A stretch of DNA of 64,000 bases. Source: Nemertoderma westbladi. Taxonomy: Eukaryota; Animalia; Xenacoelomorpha. The stretch lies in assembly GCA_032718475.1 (NCBI GenBank), contig JAUCBJ010008395.1, forward strand, positions 1 to 64,000, written 5' to 3'. Numbering within the stretch: the stretch's first letter is position 1; every line of letters starts with the position of its first letter. The notes below the pieces were generated by a model, which was not told where the DNA came from, did not search any database, and worked only from the letters and a program-made list of their open reading frames with translations. Made by a program: the position numbers and the translations under genes. Shown here in pieces: positions 62,261 through 64,000 of the stretch.

Positions 62261-63290
62261 CAGGGTGTCCCACAAAATTTGATACTTCTTGTACTGTATC
62301 TTGATTTGTCCAGTTCCATATTAATGATTTTCAGTAATTATGGTGTCAGTGGATAGCTGGAAAGTGCTATTTTTTGTAAACTGGTGATAAAACATAAAAT
62401 AGAGTAACCAACATGAATTGTTTTAATATACTAATTACATACATAAATAGGCTACTGTAATAAATGTAACAAGGTAATAAATGTTCTAATAGACATCATT
62501 ATGTCCTCCTCCAACAGTCTGAACTTTGAGTAACCTGGCAGACATTTAATTAAAGCTGTGAGCCACAAAAGGAGAGGGAATAGTGGTGAAGGCCTCTTGA
62601 ATCGCATCTTTGAGCTGCTCAATGCTGGTTAATGTGTGAGCGTACACGATATTCTTTAAAGAAATCACACGAAGTTAGGTCAGGAGACCTAGCCGGCCGC
62701 GGCCGTGTATTGGGCCATCACGACCTATCCAACGCCCAGGAAAAGTGCTATTAGGCAAGGCACGGACTATAAGACCCCAGTGAGGCGGAGGGAACCCCGT
62801 CCTGTTGGAATACGTAATTAACCTTATCAACCTTATCATCAGGCTGGTGGACAAAGAACTGAAGTAGCATTTCCAAGTAGTTGGTATACTGGTCACATTG
62901 TTAGTGAAGAAGAAAGGGCCAATAACTCTGGTTCTCGAGATGCGGCCCAGACAGTCACTTTGGGAGAGTCACGGACTTTTTGGGTAATTTTATGCGGGTT
63001 CTCTTTCCCCAAAATTCGGCAGTTCCATTGGTTAACATGCGCGGATAGATGAAATGTGGTTTCATCACTGAAAAACACATGTTCTGGTTATTTGTTGTTG
63101 AGGAACAATGCTATGGACTCGGCACAGCTTACTCGCTTACTAAAGTCACTTGTACATCAACCACGTAATATCTGTAACTTGTATGGCTTAAATTGCAGTT
63201 TTTTAATGACTCGTTGTGCGGTGCTTTTACTATTCCCAAGGCCTAGTCCTGCCCGCCTTAGAGAAGTTGTCTATAAAATGAGACTCGATT
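62261..63290 (-). mobile_element. Degenerate Tc1/mariner-superfamily transposon (transposase pseudogene with one TIR)
   Basis: FFSDETTFHLSAHVNQWNCRILGKENPH..RDSPKVTVW, IGPFFF, FPGRWIGRDGPI..SPDLT. TIR-like CAGGGTGTCCCACAAAA at 62261. Confidence 0.82.
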
Positions 63291-63399
63291 TCATTTATCC
63301 TACTTTCGCCAAGCGAGACCCGAACAGAACCATGTTTTATTAATAGAGTTTTCTCTGAGGTAAAATTTATGATAAGCCGTTTGATGTCAGTATTAGTAG

Positions 63400-64000
63400 G
63401 ACGGCGTTCCCCAGGGAATTGTTGTGCGCAAATTGTAAGACTGTTTGCCTCTGCGGACCAGTTTTGTCATGCCCCAGTGCGATGAGATGTTGTACGTTCC
63501 ACTGCCGCTGACGCTCGCTAGGAAGGGGAGAAATTGCGCCTTTCATTACATTTTTACATTACATTTTTTTTAATTAAGAGTGGATCGCGAAGGCCGATTC
63601 CCCCATGCCGAGTGGGCAATAGGACTAGAGATTCATCTGCCTCATTGAGAAAGGACACTCCAAAAAGGGCAGGGACAAGGTGATACAACAAAGCCTTGCG
63701 AATCGGTGCAAAGTCACTCAGATACTCTATTACTCTCATCACGTAGTCCCATTATGCTTGGAGACATCTAGTTGCTACTGTGTGAGATGTCTGAGGGTAC
63801 TCCCTTGCAACTTTTTAAAGAGTCTCAATGCAAGAAACCCAAGTTTCCACCTTATCTTTAAGGAATTTGCACCTTCCTGAAACACTTCCAATGAAACACC
63901 CCAGAAAACGCTGTCCTGAAACAACCTGAACTTCTGTACCAAACAGCTGTTGGCCCTAGCCTGGAAGGTCTTCTAGCCCTGGTTTTATGATCAAGAAGCA
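63400..64000 (-). pseudogene. Degenerate non-LTR retrotransposon fragment (post-RT region, CRE-like)
   Basis: HLVPALFG..LVLLPTRHGGIGLRDP resembles the LPxRxGGLG motif downstream of RT in restriction-like-endonuclease non-LTR elements. Confidence 0.5.

Overview
AT-rich metazoan (probably invertebrate) genomic window dominated by a 36-kb nest of retroelements. An RTE-like LINE on the minus strand (7218-~43110) is split by two BEL/Pao LTR retrotransposons. Element A spans 8712-30763 (1259-bp LTRs, TSD CATGT). Element B spans 31294-42453 (958-bp LTRs, TSD GTATA, intact 2467-aa Gag-Pol). A holds a second, internally deleted A-family copy inserted in the opposite orientation (TSD ATATT), and the segment between the two copies appears inverted. 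The main finding is a replication design shared by the two divergent BEL/Pao elements. (i) Neither has a tRNA primer-binding site; the 11-12 nt right after the 5' LTR are exactly complementary to a sequence inside the element's own LTR, the signature of Tf1-type self-priming, which I do not know of in BEL/Pao. (ii) Hairpins flank this site in both. (iii) Each has three copies of the plus-strand primer GGGAGCGG at equivalent places. Element A also has a ~482-codon zinc-knuckle accessory ORF in the env position, preceded by a long G-U-rich stem-loop. Host genes: the 3' end of an RI-type LRR gene, a secreted PAN/apple + LamG-like gene, and an MLX-like bHLH-Zip gene with satellite-filled introns. 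Also present: a Rac pseudogene, SINEs, MITEs, satellites and Gypsy/mariner relics. All calls were made by eye, with no database searches.
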